Counted from the stretch's first letter, positions 17,183 to 27,156 are shown. The stretch is 46,394 nucleotides of DNA from Patescibacteria group bacterium (GCA_023485925.1 JAMDAJ010000059.1:1-46394); one strand, 5' to 3'. Notes: generated by a model from the sequence alone, not told the origin. Program-made: numbers and translations.

Positions 17183-17635
17183 TTATTTCAAATGCACATA
17201 CTTCTCCTTCAATAGCTGCTCTTCCTCTTTCGCGTCCTGGTCAAGAATGTAAGTCAACTTATGCAACCGGCTCAATTTTTCCTCCGGACTCAAGTCCGAC
17301 GCCGCGGCTGTCTTGGGAGGCTTTTCTTGCCGTTTTACCTGCGCCAGCCCTTTCTCGCCCTTGCGGAAAACAAAGGAATTGGGTTCAGCAAAAAAACTTA
17401 AGCCAGTGACTATCAGATCGCCGAAGCTCTTGCCGTTATAACTGCCAAAAGCCGCAAAAGCGAATACCCCGACCACCGGCAAGGCAAAAATAATGAACAG
17501 TAAAAAATTGCCCGCGAAGCGGAATACAACCAACACCACGACCCCGCCGGCCAGCAAGATAAAGAACTGCCTTAGGGTCAGCGGCCCGACGATCTTGTCT
17601 TCGACGTCAGTGAATTGGGGAACGGAAAACTGCAT
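17183..17635 (-). CDS. prgI: PrgI family (VirB3-like) protein
   Basis: MQF.VPQF.DVEDKIVGPLTLRQF signature, two TM helices. Confidence 0.88.
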   Translation of the reverse strand: MQFSVPQFTDVEDKIVGPLTLRQFFILLAGGVVVLVVFRFAGNFLLFIIFALPVVGVFAFAAFGSYNGKSFGDLIVTGLSFFAEPNSFVFRKGEKGLAQVKRQEKPPKTAAASDLSPEEKLSRLHKLTYILDQDAKEEEQLLKEKYVHLK

Positions 17636-17640
17636 AATCG

Positions 17641-18112
17641 TTCAAAACCTAAATTCTAAACTCTAAATCCTAAACAAATATCAAGGACTAAATCTTTAAA
17701 TCCAAACTAATCATTTCGTCTTTCCCAGAATGGCACCGAAAATTTTCATTAATTCGTTAGTTTCTTGGACCAACGCGTCCCTTTCCGAGGATTCCGACCC
17801 TAGCGGTTCGGTGAGATATAGCCAATAGCGACTCTCCTTCGCTTCTTTCTTGGAAATTTTAACCCGGAGGATAAAGTCTTTTTTACTCAACGACTCATTG
17901 GCCTCGATATAATTGGCGCCAACCGAACTGCCCGAACGGACTAATTGCTTACCGTGCTCAATATTTGTAATGGTCTTGGGGAGCTTGAGAATGTAGCTGT
18001 TCAACCGCCTCGCGAACTTTAGGCAACGATCCTCCAAATCATAAGGTTTAGAATTTGGAGTTTGAACCATTTGGAAATTTGTTTAGAGTTTAGAATTTCT
18101 GATTTAGAATTT
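17641..18112. mobile_element. Four-helix-bundle gene cassette with inverted heptad-repeat flanks
   Basis: taaattc/taaactc/taaatcc heptads on the left, gtttaga/atttaga heptads on the right. Confidence 0.55.
17711..18070 (-). CDS. Four helix bundle protein (23S rRNA IVP / bAvd-like family)
   Basis: YDLEDR..KF, QLVRSGSSVGANYIEA, SKKDF, KEAKES.YWL. Confidence 0.9.
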   Translation of the reverse strand: MVQTPNSKPYDLEDRCLKFARRLNSYILKLPKTITNIEHGKQLVRSGSSVGANYIEANESLSKKDFILRVKISKKEAKESRYWLYLTEPLGSESSERDALVQETNELMKIFGAILGKTK

Positions 18113-18276
18113 TTCGTCGAAAACCTATAATATTCGCATCTTTTGTACTATTTCTGTTTCAAGAATTTTCACAAAACTTGTACAAAAATTATACCACACT
18201 TCCCTGCTATAAGCAAAAAAGGCCTTTACGACCTTTTTGGTTAGAAGACAAAGGTTCCCCTTGTCGGAGGTAAGTT

Positions 18277-19947
18277 TCAAATTTTGACTTCCAGTTCCGA
18301 AATTTCCTTTTTTAGACTAGAAAGCGCCAGAAATTGCTCGCGTGAAAGCACTTCTTTGTGCGCGGCCTTATAATTGCCCACCACCTTTTCAAAGGCGGCT
18401 TTCTGATCCGGAGACGTGTTATCGTTCATTACCGCCACGCCCATATTCATAAATAGTTGATAGAGCGGGCTGCGATAAAAATTTTCTGCCACCTTCGTCA
18501 CGGGCAGCTGATGCTCGTCGGAAAGATGCGAAATCCGCTGTTTGATCTGGGAAAGTTTCTCCGCGAAATAAACGCCGTCGGCGTCGGCAAGTCCGATCTT
18601 TTGCAACTGCTCCGGAGCGCTAATGGAAGCGATATCCAAAACTTGTCGACGGGAAAGATCGATAACGCCCGAGGGCATAACGGATTCGGGACGGATCTGC
18701 GACGGCACGGGCAGATTAGCCTGCAAAGGCGCGGAAGGCGCCCCTCTGGCCGAGAGGGTTGCCCTCTCGGAAACCGGCGGAGCTTGTTTTGGCGCAACGG
18801 ATTTCTCATTTGGTAGAGCCTGCGGAGTTTCGGTTCCGGTACGCATGTTGCCGGTCGTGGTCAAACCTTGGTCAGCGTTAGCTAACGCGTGCGACAGCGA
18901 CATATTGAAAAGTTTGGAGCCGGATACCAAGGTGGCCTTTTGCTCCTCCGGAGTGAGCAATGGTTGAGAGGACTGTCCTCTCCCCAAGAGGACTGTCCTC
19001 TCGGGCGCGGACGGAGCGATGGAGGCCGGCTGGCGTTTGGCCACTTCCGGCTTCAACAAATCCATCTTCGCCCGCGGCTCTGCGGCCGGACCTTGGGAAA
19101 TTATCCGCGGCATGGGCGGAACAGGACGTGCGCTCACGCGTTCCGACGTTATTCTAGGAAAAATCACTGGCCTTGCAGCCGGCAGCTCTGCTGCAACAAC
19201 AGATCTAACGCCGCCCAAGGGCTTATCCGGAACGATCGGACTCGCCGCCGACGTTTTTGGCGTAGGGTTTTTTGGAATTTGAACAGTCGTGGAAGGTGTG
19301 GCAGCGAGCTGATATGAAAACAGTCGGCTATAAATCGTAAGAAAATTCCGCAACTGGTCTTTCACGTCTTCCTGCAAACTTTTCGCCGTTGAATCGGTAT
19401 TGATAAATGTGACTACATCTACCAGTGAAGGTGCAAAACCCCCGGAAACTTTTGCGCCCGAGCGCTGCCGGTATCGGGCTAACCAATTGCCTAAAGTGTC
19501 GCCGAATCCAGTGTTCGCTGTACTCCGGGCAAGCATGCCGGCAAAATTCCGAGCCGTCTTTTGCGCCTCCTCTGGCGGCAAAATGCTCAAAAAACCGTCC
19601 AAACCGCCCCACACGTCGAATCCTTGCTGCAGAGCGAACATAAAATCGCGGTCAAGATATTTTTCCCGACCGGCGTTACCTAAACTGGAAAAGAAAACGG
19701 TTTTCAAACGGACCAGCCAAAAATAAGCGATGTCATAACTGGTTTTCTCAGCATCGCTTGCCGGCCGGGACTGGTCCAACAAATTCTGGAGACTCGCGAT
19801 GAACTTGCCGGCCGGTTCGTCGATACTTTCGATCAAATAATAAGCATATTCCTTTATCCGGTCGATATTTTCACCGCTATACAAAGCCGGCACGGTCAAA
19901 CCCGCGATGAAACTTTCGGCCTTTTTTACGTAATTAGAATACGACAT
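18277..19947 (-). CDS. Hypothetical protein with Pro/Ala/Ser-rich central linker
   Basis: Long ORF co-oriented within the T4SS-like cluster. Confidence 0.75.
   Translation of the reverse strand: MSYSNYVKKAESFIAGLTVPALYSGENIDRIKEYAYYLIESIDEPAGKFIASLQNLLDQSRPASDAEKTSYDIAYFWLVRLKTVFFSSLGNAGREKYLDRDFMFALQQGFDVWGGLDGFLSILPPEEAQKTARNFAGMLARSTANTGFGDTLGNWLARYRQRSGAKVSGGFAPSLVDVVTFINTDSTAKSLQEDVKDQLRNFLTIYSRLFSYQLAATPSTTVQIPKNPTPKTSAASPIVPDKPLGGVRSVVAAELPAARPVIFPRITSERVSARPVPPMPRIISQGPAAEPRAKMDLLKPEVAKRQPASIAPSAPERTVLLGRGQSSQPLLTPEEQKATLVSGSKLFNMSLSHALANADQGLTTTGNMRTGTETPQALPNEKSVAPKQAPPVSERATLSARGAPSAPLQANLPVPSQIRPESVMPSGVIDLSRRQVLDIASISAPEQLQKIGLADADGVYFAEKLSQIKQRISHLSDEHQLPVTKVAENFYRSPLYQLFMNMGVAVMNDNTSPDQKAAFEKVVGNYKAAHKEVLSREQFLALSSLKKEISELEVKI
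18966..19002. repeat. Tandem AGAGGAC-T-GTCCTCT palindromes inside a CDS
   Basis: agaggactgtcctctc at 18967-18982 and 18987-19002. Confidence 0.85.
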
Positions 19948-19979
19948 AGAATAAACTCGAACTTTCCAGCAATCTCATT

Positions 19980-22900
19980 TTAAGGCGTATTAGTTTGATT
20001 GTAGATGGCGCGGGCCAACTCGTTGGTATTGAGTTTTCTCTCAATATCCGTTTCATTCTTTAACCCGCCGATCTTTGCATCCGTAACGGAACTTACTATC
20101 GCGGTCTTGATTTCAACCATCCGCCGACCGACGGAGGCCGCCGGATGGCGGGAGGAATTGATCAAGCCCTGCCGGGCGCCTTTGGCCACTGACTCGACCA
20201 GTTTGTTCAATTCCTGCGGCGGCAGCTTCCTTATAGCTCCCGGATCGGCAACCGAATTTAACTCCTTCCCAAAATCCACTTGCCCAGTTTTCCTTTCAGC
20301 CAATTTTTCAATGTTGCCGCGGGCGATGTTCTGCGCCGTGGTTGTGTTTTTGGCCAGATCCTCGATCGCACTAACCAAGTCGCTAAACTCGGGAATAGAA
20401 CCTGAAGCGCTCTTGCCTTCCAAACGCGTCTTAAGCTCATTTTGCGGCACACTTTCTTTAAGCAGCCCTTCTCTTACCGCATCCAATGCCGAAGCGCTGG
20501 CCGGCTCTGGATGCTCAGCCAGCCCTGACGCTAGCTTTGCGTTCAGCAAAGTCCGTTCCCGACCGGTGTCATCTTTTATCTTAATCCCCTCTCTTAAAGT
20601 CTTAGCTAGCCCGGCCTTGGTTGTATCCAAGCCCAGCATGCGGTTATACAATCCGGCCACGGCCTGAGAGCCCACCGGACTATGATCGAACATGGCTTGC
20701 ATGGCGTTGAAAGAAGCATGATTGATCTCCATTACCCCAGTTCTTATCAGATCTTTGCCGGGAGTGGACGCCATATAATCCTGATCCTCGGTCAGTAATT
20801 TGCCAGCCGTGCGCTGCTGGGCAAAGGTCGGGTTTTCCGCCAAAGCGTTGGAAGTGGCGTCCCACAGCTGGGAATTTATTTCCCCGTCGGTACCAATACC
20901 GCGGATAGCGTGCCAGGCAATAGCAGCCTGAATACGTGACGCGAGCTTGGCCCACTCTCTGGCGGCGAACGTCGCGCCGGTATTGTTATCCCAGACGGCT
21001 TTTCCGTCTTTCACTATGAACTTGCCGGTTTGGCCGTAAGTGCCGTCATCGCGTTTCTTGCTTAATGCCATATATTCGGCATGGTTCGTCTTCTTGCCCA
21101 TGGTCTCGCCTTGCTCAGCGATCATACGCCAGGAAACCTGGTCGTCGCCGAATAAGGCGCGGTAATAAGCCGTGGCCACGCCCATATTTGGGTCGTACTT
21201 GACATGCTTCCCATTTTTATCCGTATAGAACATAAAATCTTCCGCCTGCTGATCCGCTGCATCAGCCGATAACCCCGCCTGTACCATTTGTTTGGCAATT
21301 TCATTCTTCATTTTTTCCAAAAATGGAGTCATGGCTGTCACCACGCCGGCGACGTTTTCTGGAACGCGGCGGTCTAATGTGGAAGAATCGGTCACCTGGT
21401 CATCAAGAAAACCGCTACGCATCGGATTATAAATCGCGTCACCGCGAGCGACCGCCCGTTCTTCATCCGATTGGCCCAAATGCAACGCGCGCGCGCCTTC
21501 TTCCACCTGCTGGTCACGGTTATAATCGACCTTATCCTTCATGGCTTCTTTCACCTCGCGATCCTCGACATCATACATCCTATCCTTACTCACCCGACCA
21601 CGGGTAAAGAGCTGCTCAAGGGCTTGTTCAGCGCCCGCTGCCGCCTTGGCGCGGCGCTCCTCGGTCAAGCGCTCGCCGCGGCTTTTAAGCCCTCGGAAGA
21701 ACGACACTGGATTGGCCAAAGCAAACGCCGCCAGGCGGTCAGGCGTTATATCCCTCCCGTGCCCCAAGATCTTATTGGTTGTAAATTCGTTCCAAGCCCG
21801 GCCGGCCTTGCCTTTTGCCGCGCCCAAAGCATATCCTCCAACCACGCCGGCTCCCACCAGCGGCAGCATGGCGGCTTTTTGGCCCAAATTCGTTAAAGCG
21901 CCGGAGCCGAAAATCGAAAGCTTTTTAGCCACGAGCAGGCCCGCCAGCACGAACGCAATAACTTCCACCTGCTGCAAACCGTTAAGCACAAGCTGGGAGA
22001 ACAAGCCCATTGAGGCGGCGCAGCTGGCCGTGGCATCGGTGGCTTTGAGCGCATCGCACCCGTTGGTGATCTCCCCGAAAAACGGCTTGTTCATCAGTTC
22101 GATGGCGATGCGCAGGAAGAAAAAAAGAATGGGTAAGAACATTCCGTACTTAAGAAAATTCGTCCACCAAGCCCGAGCCAGCCCGGCCGTGGCCGGTATC
22201 ACAAGCAACGCCGGCCAAAACGGTGAAAGTATCAGCAAAATACGCAGGGCCACCGTGGCGATAAGCATATATACCGCCACCGCCGCCATGGCGCCGAATG
22301 CCAAAAACGACAAGCTCAAATTCATCAGCTCGGCGGCAACTACCGGGATCTGGCCGGGATTAGGCACCGCCGAATTCAACGCCAAACCGATAGCCTGCAC
22401 CGTGTCCACGCCGCCCACCGAAACCATATGATAAGCTATCAATTTGTATCCCAGCCAGCCCAGTTGCGAAACCGAAGTGGGGTCCAAGAAGGTAAAACGA
22501 ACAATGTCGAAAATTTTTAAAAACGCCTGAGCAATGACCAAGCTGAAATTTACGAGCAGCGCCATTATGATGAGCTTGCCTAAAAGGCGCTTGTAATTGT
22601 AGGACTGCAACCGCAAAATAGTGGCGACGCCGATGACGATCATTATCAGAATAAAAATCATGTTCACAAAATTGCGGACGATCTGCCAAGCCCCGCAAAT
22701 ATTGCTCAAAAAGCCCGTGCCGCCGGCGGTGCTGCAGGAGCCGACGCCGGTCTGGATTTTGCCGATGGCCACCATCAACGGGATGACCATGGTGAAATAC
22801 AGCAAGAACAGGAAAGTCTGAATGGCCATAAAAAGAGGCGAAAGGATGCTGGTCACGTAGGCTCGGAACGGGTCGTCAGTGCCGCCTCCGTCGGACCCGG

Positions 22901-23336
22901 ACGACGAACCGGTAATTTGCATTTTGCCGTCCACCATTCTGACGTTGATGTATCCGGAAGCGATAGTCGCGCCACTTGTGTCAAAGGCAAAAACCGTAAT
23001 CTTTGCGCCATCGCTGGCTTGCCCGCTGGTAAAAGTGCACGCCCCCGACAATTTCGCCGTGTCCAAAAATGTATTGTTTTGCGCGGTACCGCCACCGCAG
23101 TCAATTCCCATTGCCGGCGGGGTCTTGCTGCCGGTGAATTGGGCGTCAAAAGTCACGGTCTGATTCTGTCCAAATGTACCGGTCACTGTGTTGGTAATGG
23201 TCACGGTGTCGGCGGCCCGCGCGGTCTGCGGCGCGACAAAAAACGCGAACGCCAACGACAAGCCCAAACCGAAAGTCAGGGCAAAAATCGCCGACCGTTC
23301 ACGGGTTATCAATTTTGGATGTTTGAAAAGCATCAA
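19980..23336 (-). CDS. Extended VirB6/TrbL-like polytopic membrane protein
   Basis: Signal peptide; W.IVRNFVN..F, KLIIMALLVNFS and ILSP..W..W..F motifs; many TM helices; long cytoplasmic tail. Confidence 0.72.
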   Translation of the reverse strand: MMLFKHPKLITRERSAIFALTFGLGLSLAFAFFVAPQTARAADTVTITNTVTGTFGQNQTVTFDAQFTGSKTPPAMGIDCGGGTAQNNTFLDTAKLSGACTFTSGQASDGAKITVFAFDTSGATIASGYINVRMVDGKMQITGSSSGSDGGGTDDPFRAYVTSILSPLFMAIQTFLFLLYFTMVIPLMVAIGKIQTGVGSCSTAGGTGFLSNICGAWQIVRNFVNMIFILIMIVIGVATILRLQSYNYKRLLGKLIIMALLVNFSLVIAQAFLKIFDIVRFTFLDPTSVSQLGWLGYKLIAYHMVSVGGVDTVQAIGLALNSAVPNPGQIPVVAAELMNLSLSFLAFGAMAAVAVYMLIATVALRILLILSPFWPALLVIPATAGLARAWWTNFLKYGMFLPILFFFLRIAIELMNKPFFGEITNGCDALKATDATASCAASMGLFSQLVLNGLQQVEVIAFVLAGLLVAKKLSIFGSGALTNLGQKAAMLPLVGAGVVGGYALGAAKGKAGRAWNEFTTNKILGHGRDITPDRLAAFALANPVSFFRGLKSRGERLTEERRAKAAAGAEQALEQLFTRGRVSKDRMYDVEDREVKEAMKDKVDYNRDQQVEEGARALHLGQSDEERAVARGDAIYNPMRSGFLDDQVTDSSTLDRRVPENVAGVVTAMTPFLEKMKNEIAKQMVQAGLSADAADQQAEDFMFYTDKNGKHVKYDPNMGVATAYYRALFGDDQVSWRMIAEQGETMGKKTNHAEYMALSKKRDDGTYGQTGKFIVKDGKAVWDNNTGATFAAREWAKLASRIQAAIAWHAIRGIGTDGEINSQLWDATSNALAENPTFAQQRTAGKLLTEDQDYMASTPGKDLIRTGVMEINHASFNAMQAMFDHSPVGSQAVAGLYNRMLGLDTTKAGLAKTLREGIKIKDDTGRERTLLNAKLASGLAEHPEPASASALDAVREGLLKESVPQNELKTRLEGKSASGSIPEFSDLVSAIEDLAKNTTTAQNIARGNIEKLAERKTGQVDFGKELNSVADPGAIRKLPPQELNKLVESVAKGARQGLINSSRHPAASVGRRMVEIKTAIVSSVTDAKIGGLKNETDIERKLNTNELARAIYNQTNTP

Positions 23337-23363
23337 AAAAATGAATAAAGGCTGGCGTGGATT

Positions 23364-24947
23364 TTACTGATTTTGAACAGTAATCGTAACGCTGTCGGTG
23401 GCAGTCTGGCCACCCGAGCCGATGCAGGTAAGCGTGTAAGTATCGTTCCCGTAAACCTGGATAGTGGCATAACCGGACGTTTGATTGTAGCCGCCGGGTG
23501 TAACCGATGCCGATGTGGCGTTCTGACAAGACCAGCTTAAAATCACGCCGTCGCCGGAGTTTGTTACGGTCAGTGGAACAGCGTTAATATCGGCGCTTAA
23601 GCTTAGCGCGCCCGCTCCCCCGCCGCTTCCGGAAGATGAGGGCAAACATTGGCCGCAGGGTCCGGGATTGGGTCCGGAATAAGTTTGGTAGACGCCGCTG
23701 TTATCTTGGCCGGCGTTGCAAGCGGGCACCGCCGGACATTCCTCAACCGCCACGGTGTTCGGGTCGTCACATTGACAGACTTGGGTGGCATTGCCACTCT
23801 CCGCGTTCGTATCGGTCAAGGCGTTGGCGTTCTTATAAGTGGTCTCGCCTAAATTGCCGGAATTCGGCGTTTGACCCAAAGCCGCGGTGTTGCTTCCAAA
23901 AATCCCGCCGGAGAAAAGCCGGAAAAAGGCCCAGGCCGAACCTTCGGTAATAGCCGCATATAGAACGTTGTTGGTCAAATAATCCCGGTTAAGCAGTCTT
24001 TGTACGGACACCTGCACTACCTTGGCAACATAACCGCCGGGGCTTCTGATCTGGCCGGAAGTGTCGCCAAGCGTAAAATTTACGGTTGCGCCGCCTGAAC
24101 CAGGGTATGTCACCTTGCCGGTCTTGTAAAAATCCGACGTGCGCAAAGCGGGGTTGGTAGAAAGCTGCGCCAAGGCGGCGAGGTCGTCTTTGTTGCGGCT
24201 GCTTTTATATCCTTCCGAGTTCGCGATTTCAGAAGCCGCTGACGACTGCGCCTGATTTTTTGTCGCTATCGCGGCGCCCTGATATTTGAAATACAAAGTT
24301 TCCGGGGTCTCCTGGGCGCCCAACAAAGCCAATTGCGGATAAATACCGGGGTCCTGAAACGCGGCGCTGTTGGAACTCCCCAGAGGCGTGGCGTTGACCT
24401 TCGGCAAATTCTTTACGGCCGGCTGCTGGGTGGTGATGGTGGAAAGATCGACGTATACGCGGGAGTAATTCATGCCGCCGCGAAAAACCTCGTCATATCC
24501 CATATCCACGAGCTTGCGGTCGGTGGGATCAAGGTACTTATCAAAAAGAATGCGGTAACGGAACACCACGTCGGAAAGCGAACGGTTATAGCCGTAATAA
24601 TCGGTTATCTGCAATTTTTTGTTCAGTTGACTCCCTATCCACTTGCCCATGGCAATGCCGGCGCCGTAGAGCGTGGCTGTAAAAATATTCTTAAGGACGT
24701 TGCGGGTCCCCCGATTAGGGTCGGCCGCCACCTGGATTGGCACGCAGGAACCGAATAAGCCGGGCCCAATGCCGTTCACGCCGCAATCCAATTCCATTTT
24801 GTCGCCTTCGCCCGAGAAATCAAACGCCCGGGCGGTCGGCGTCGATAGAACAAAAGCGACATTACCCAAAGGCGTAAACGCAACCAGCGCCAATACGAAT
24901 ATAAGCAAAAATTTGTACGCGGTGAGGGTCCGTTTTTCGTAAGCCAT
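23364..24947 (-). CDS. Exported hypothetical protein with Cys-rich segment and Ig/PKD-like C-terminus
   Basis: Signal peptide; LSWSC.NA..TYTLTC.G.GG....VTITV. Confidence 0.72.
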   Translation of the reverse strand: MAYEKRTLTAYKFLLIFVLALVAFTPLGNVAFVLSTPTARAFDFSGEGDKMELDCGVNGIGPGLFGSCVPIQVAADPNRGTRNVLKNIFTATLYGAGIAMGKWIGSQLNKKLQITDYYGYNRSLSDVVFRYRILFDKYLDPTDRKLVDMGYDEVFRGGMNYSRVYVDLSTITTQQPAVKNLPKVNATPLGSSNSAAFQDPGIYPQLALLGAQETPETLYFKYQGAAIATKNQAQSSAASEIANSEGYKSSRNKDDLAALAQLSTNPALRTSDFYKTGKVTYPGSGGATVNFTLGDTSGQIRSPGGYVAKVVQVSVQRLLNRDYLTNNVLYAAITEGSAWAFFRLFSGGIFGSNTAALGQTPNSGNLGETTYKNANALTDTNAESGNATQVCQCDDPNTVAVEECPAVPACNAGQDNSGVYQTYSGPNPGPCGQCLPSSSGSGGGAGALSLSADINAVPLTVTNSGDGVILSWSCQNATSASVTPGGYNQTSGYATIQVYGNDTYTLTCIGSGGQTATDSVTITVQNQ

Positions 24948-24970
24948 ATTCGCGAGGGAATTAAATGCCT

Positions 24971-25139
24971 TAAGAAACTGCCTGAGAAGTCGCTTTCTTA
25001 GCGAAATTCCAAATTTTCGAGCGAAAGCGTTGAAGAGGAACGAAGGCGTAATAGCAGCATTACGGCGAGTTCTGATGAAACGCTTGCAGCCGAAAATCTG
25101 GAATTGCAGCAGAAATGGATCTTTTCAGACAGTTTCTTA
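24971..25139. mobile_element. MITE-like element with ~19-bp terminal inverted repeats
   Basis: taagaaactgcctgagaag ... cttttcagacagtttctta (17/19 match); interior also folds back; no transposase. Confidence 0.7.
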
Positions 25140-26078
25140 GAGTCCGGAGCCGGAGAAATCCGCCTCAGTAAAATTCGCGTCCTCTCCGCCGACAATGGAA
25201 ATGATCTTGAGCTGGTGAATTATTTCGCTCCAACCGGAAAGGTCTTCGGAATTTTCCAGCATCGCCAGTTTTTCGTCGGCGATCTTTTTCAAAGCGCCAA
25301 AAAATATCAAAGTATTTTTCTGCGTCTCCACGCTTGATTTCGGCACGCGCAATTCGCGGAGCCGTGCCAAATAACTTGCAAACTTTTCGGAAAGCGCTTT
25401 CGCATCCGACAGAGAATCAGCGCTGAAAGCCTGACCGAACGCGCTATCAATGCCTCCGCTGGAGAATTCGTTGATGATCTTGGAAACAGCCAGCTGGTAT
25501 TCTTGCAAGCTCGCATCGGAATCGGGGACCAGCTTGATATCCGAGTCCGGGATGGTCGGCAGCACCGCCGCCTGGTCGAGTTTCAAAAAGTTGTTCATTT
25601 CCGCCTCGCTGTCCACGCCCTCTGCCGACAATTGATTCTTTACTTCCTCGACAAAATTATCCACCGGCGACGGTTTTGACTGGACGGCGCTTGTTACGGG
25701 ACTGGCGGAATCCGTCGGGTCGGTTCCGGCTGCAACTTCCGCACCGTCGCTTAAGCCGTCGCGGTCGGTATCGGACACCATGGGGTTGGTTCCGAAAAGA
25801 TACTCTTGTTTGTTGGTCAGGCCGTCCTTGTCCGGATCGGCCTCGGCCCCCGCAATGGAAACGCGAGTTATGGTCTCGTCACTGAAATACTGTTGATACC
25901 AGGATATCGGAATAACGGTTCGAGTCAACGCTTGTTTTTTGTCGCTTGCGGGCAGTAAAAAAAACGCCGCGACCAAAATCAAAAGCGCGGCGATGGCCGA
26001 ATAAAAAACGAGCTTCTTTCTGCGTTGCCAAAAATTTTCAGAACTGAAACGACGTTCCAGCACGTCTTGCTTGGACAT
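25137..26078 (-). CDS. Membrane-anchored protein with DxDxDG Ca-binding repeats
   Basis: TM helix, then DPDKDGLTN..EY..GTNP..DTDRDGLSDG.EV..GTDP. Confidence 0.8.
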   Translation of the reverse strand: MSKQDVLERRFSSENFWQRRKKLVFYSAIAALLILVAAFFLLPASDKKQALTRTVIPISWYQQYFSDETITRVSIAGAEADPDKDGLTNKQEYLFGTNPMVSDTDRDGLSDGAEVAAGTDPTDSASPVTSAVQSKPSPVDNFVEEVKNQLSAEGVDSEAEMNNFLKLDQAAVLPTIPDSDIKLVPDSDASLQEYQLAVSKIINEFSSGGIDSAFGQAFSADSLSDAKALSEKFASYLARLRELRVPKSSVETQKNTLIFFGALKKIADEKLAMLENSEDLSGWSEIIHQLKIISIVGGEDANFTEADFSGSGL

Positions 26079-26281
26079 TCGGGAGTTTTATTTATTTTTG
26101 GTTTCCCCGAACTGTAGATTATATGCTCAATATTCACGGGCTTTCCCCAACTTTTCTGATTTAATTATAGCACAACCATATTCAAAAGTCAATAAAAAAC
26201 CTCTGCGCTGGCTCCAGTTTTAAAAGGAATTAGCTTCTCTCTTTTTTTGAATCTCTTTTACCCTGACAAAAAGAACGAAGG

Positions 26282-26310
26282 ATGACAAAAATCCTAAAAA
26301 GTGATATAAT
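26282..26310 (+). promoter_or_regulatory. Sigma70 promoter
   Basis: ATGACA-17bp-TATAAT with TG extension. Confidence 0.55.
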
Positions 26311-26335
26311 TAAGTCAGTAAAAACATCTTGTTCT

Positions 26336-26896
26336 ATGAAACAAAATTTTTTTCTTAAATCCATAAGTTCTCTCCTTGTTCCGGCCGTATTGTTTTTAAC
26401 CGTACCGGCGATTTTCCTCCCGTCGCACGAAGCGAACGCATTTGTTTTTAGCTTACCTAAAGGACAATTCTCGCCTTTTGGCGGGAACATTGTCACCAAA
26501 GAACTGAATGTCTGCCTACGCAGCATTCCGTTCCCTCCCTATGTACTGACAATACCTTTTTACGTATTTTTAGTTTATCAACCCAGTCCAGCCGGATTAT
26601 ACTGGCTCTTTGGCATCTCACAGCTGTACGAAGAATATGAATTCGAGGAAACCGCGAACAGTCTCGGCAACTATCTCATCGGCGCGGACAAGGCGTGGCG
26701 GGCTTTCTGTGATATCAACGGCGCAACACTACCCACAACCGTGAGCGGCACTACCTGGACAGGCGTTTTTTTTGAAATGCCGATAACCGGCGTGGCTTGG
26801 AAAATGGGCACCAGTTGCCGCGTCCCTCCGCAATACGTCACGGACGAGTGCCATCAAAAAGTCGCAAAGCGAACCCTTAAACAAATCGCGCCGTGA
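26336..26896 (+). CDS. Exported hypothetical protein
   Basis: Signal peptide ending ANA; PFGG.I motif and Cys residues; ATG downstream of the promoter. Confidence 0.65.
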   Translation: MKQNFFLKSISSLLVPAVLFLTVPAIFLPSHEANAFVFSLPKGQFSPFGGNIVTKELNVCLRSIPFPPYVLTIPFYVFLVYQPSPAGLYWLFGISQLYEEYEFEETANSLGNYLIGADKAWRAFCDINGATLPTTVSGTTWTGVFFEMPITGVAWKMGTSCRVPPQYVTDECHQKVAKRTLKQIAP

Positions 26897-27031
26897 TAAG
26901 TTCCCCGACGTCAGTTCTCGCCCTTCGGCGCCAAACGGAATAATCGTTTAGACAAGCCGAGCAAAAAAATTTAACGAACAAAAAAATCCCAAGCTGTCTG
27001 GCCTGGGATTTTAAAAATCGCAAAATTTATT

Positions 27032-27156
27032 GCCTCCCGGCCGAATACCCCGATGCTTGCTTCGGGGATGAAGACCGAACAGGAGGCGGGCCGGCGGAGC
27101 CGACACTTGGGCAACAAAGCCCCCGGATACCCCGCGGCTTGCCGCGGGGAGGCTTT
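27032..27156. mobile_element. Non-autonomous IS200/IS605-like (PATE/REP-like) twin-hairpin element
   Basis: ataccccgatgcttgcttcgggg and ataccccgcggcttgccgcgggg, each enclosed by outer stems (gcctcc..ggaggc, aaagcc..ggcttt). Confidence 0.55.

Noticed and set aside
17711..18070. Diversity-generating retroelement (Avd)
   Set aside because: No reverse transcriptase and no TR/VR pair seen.
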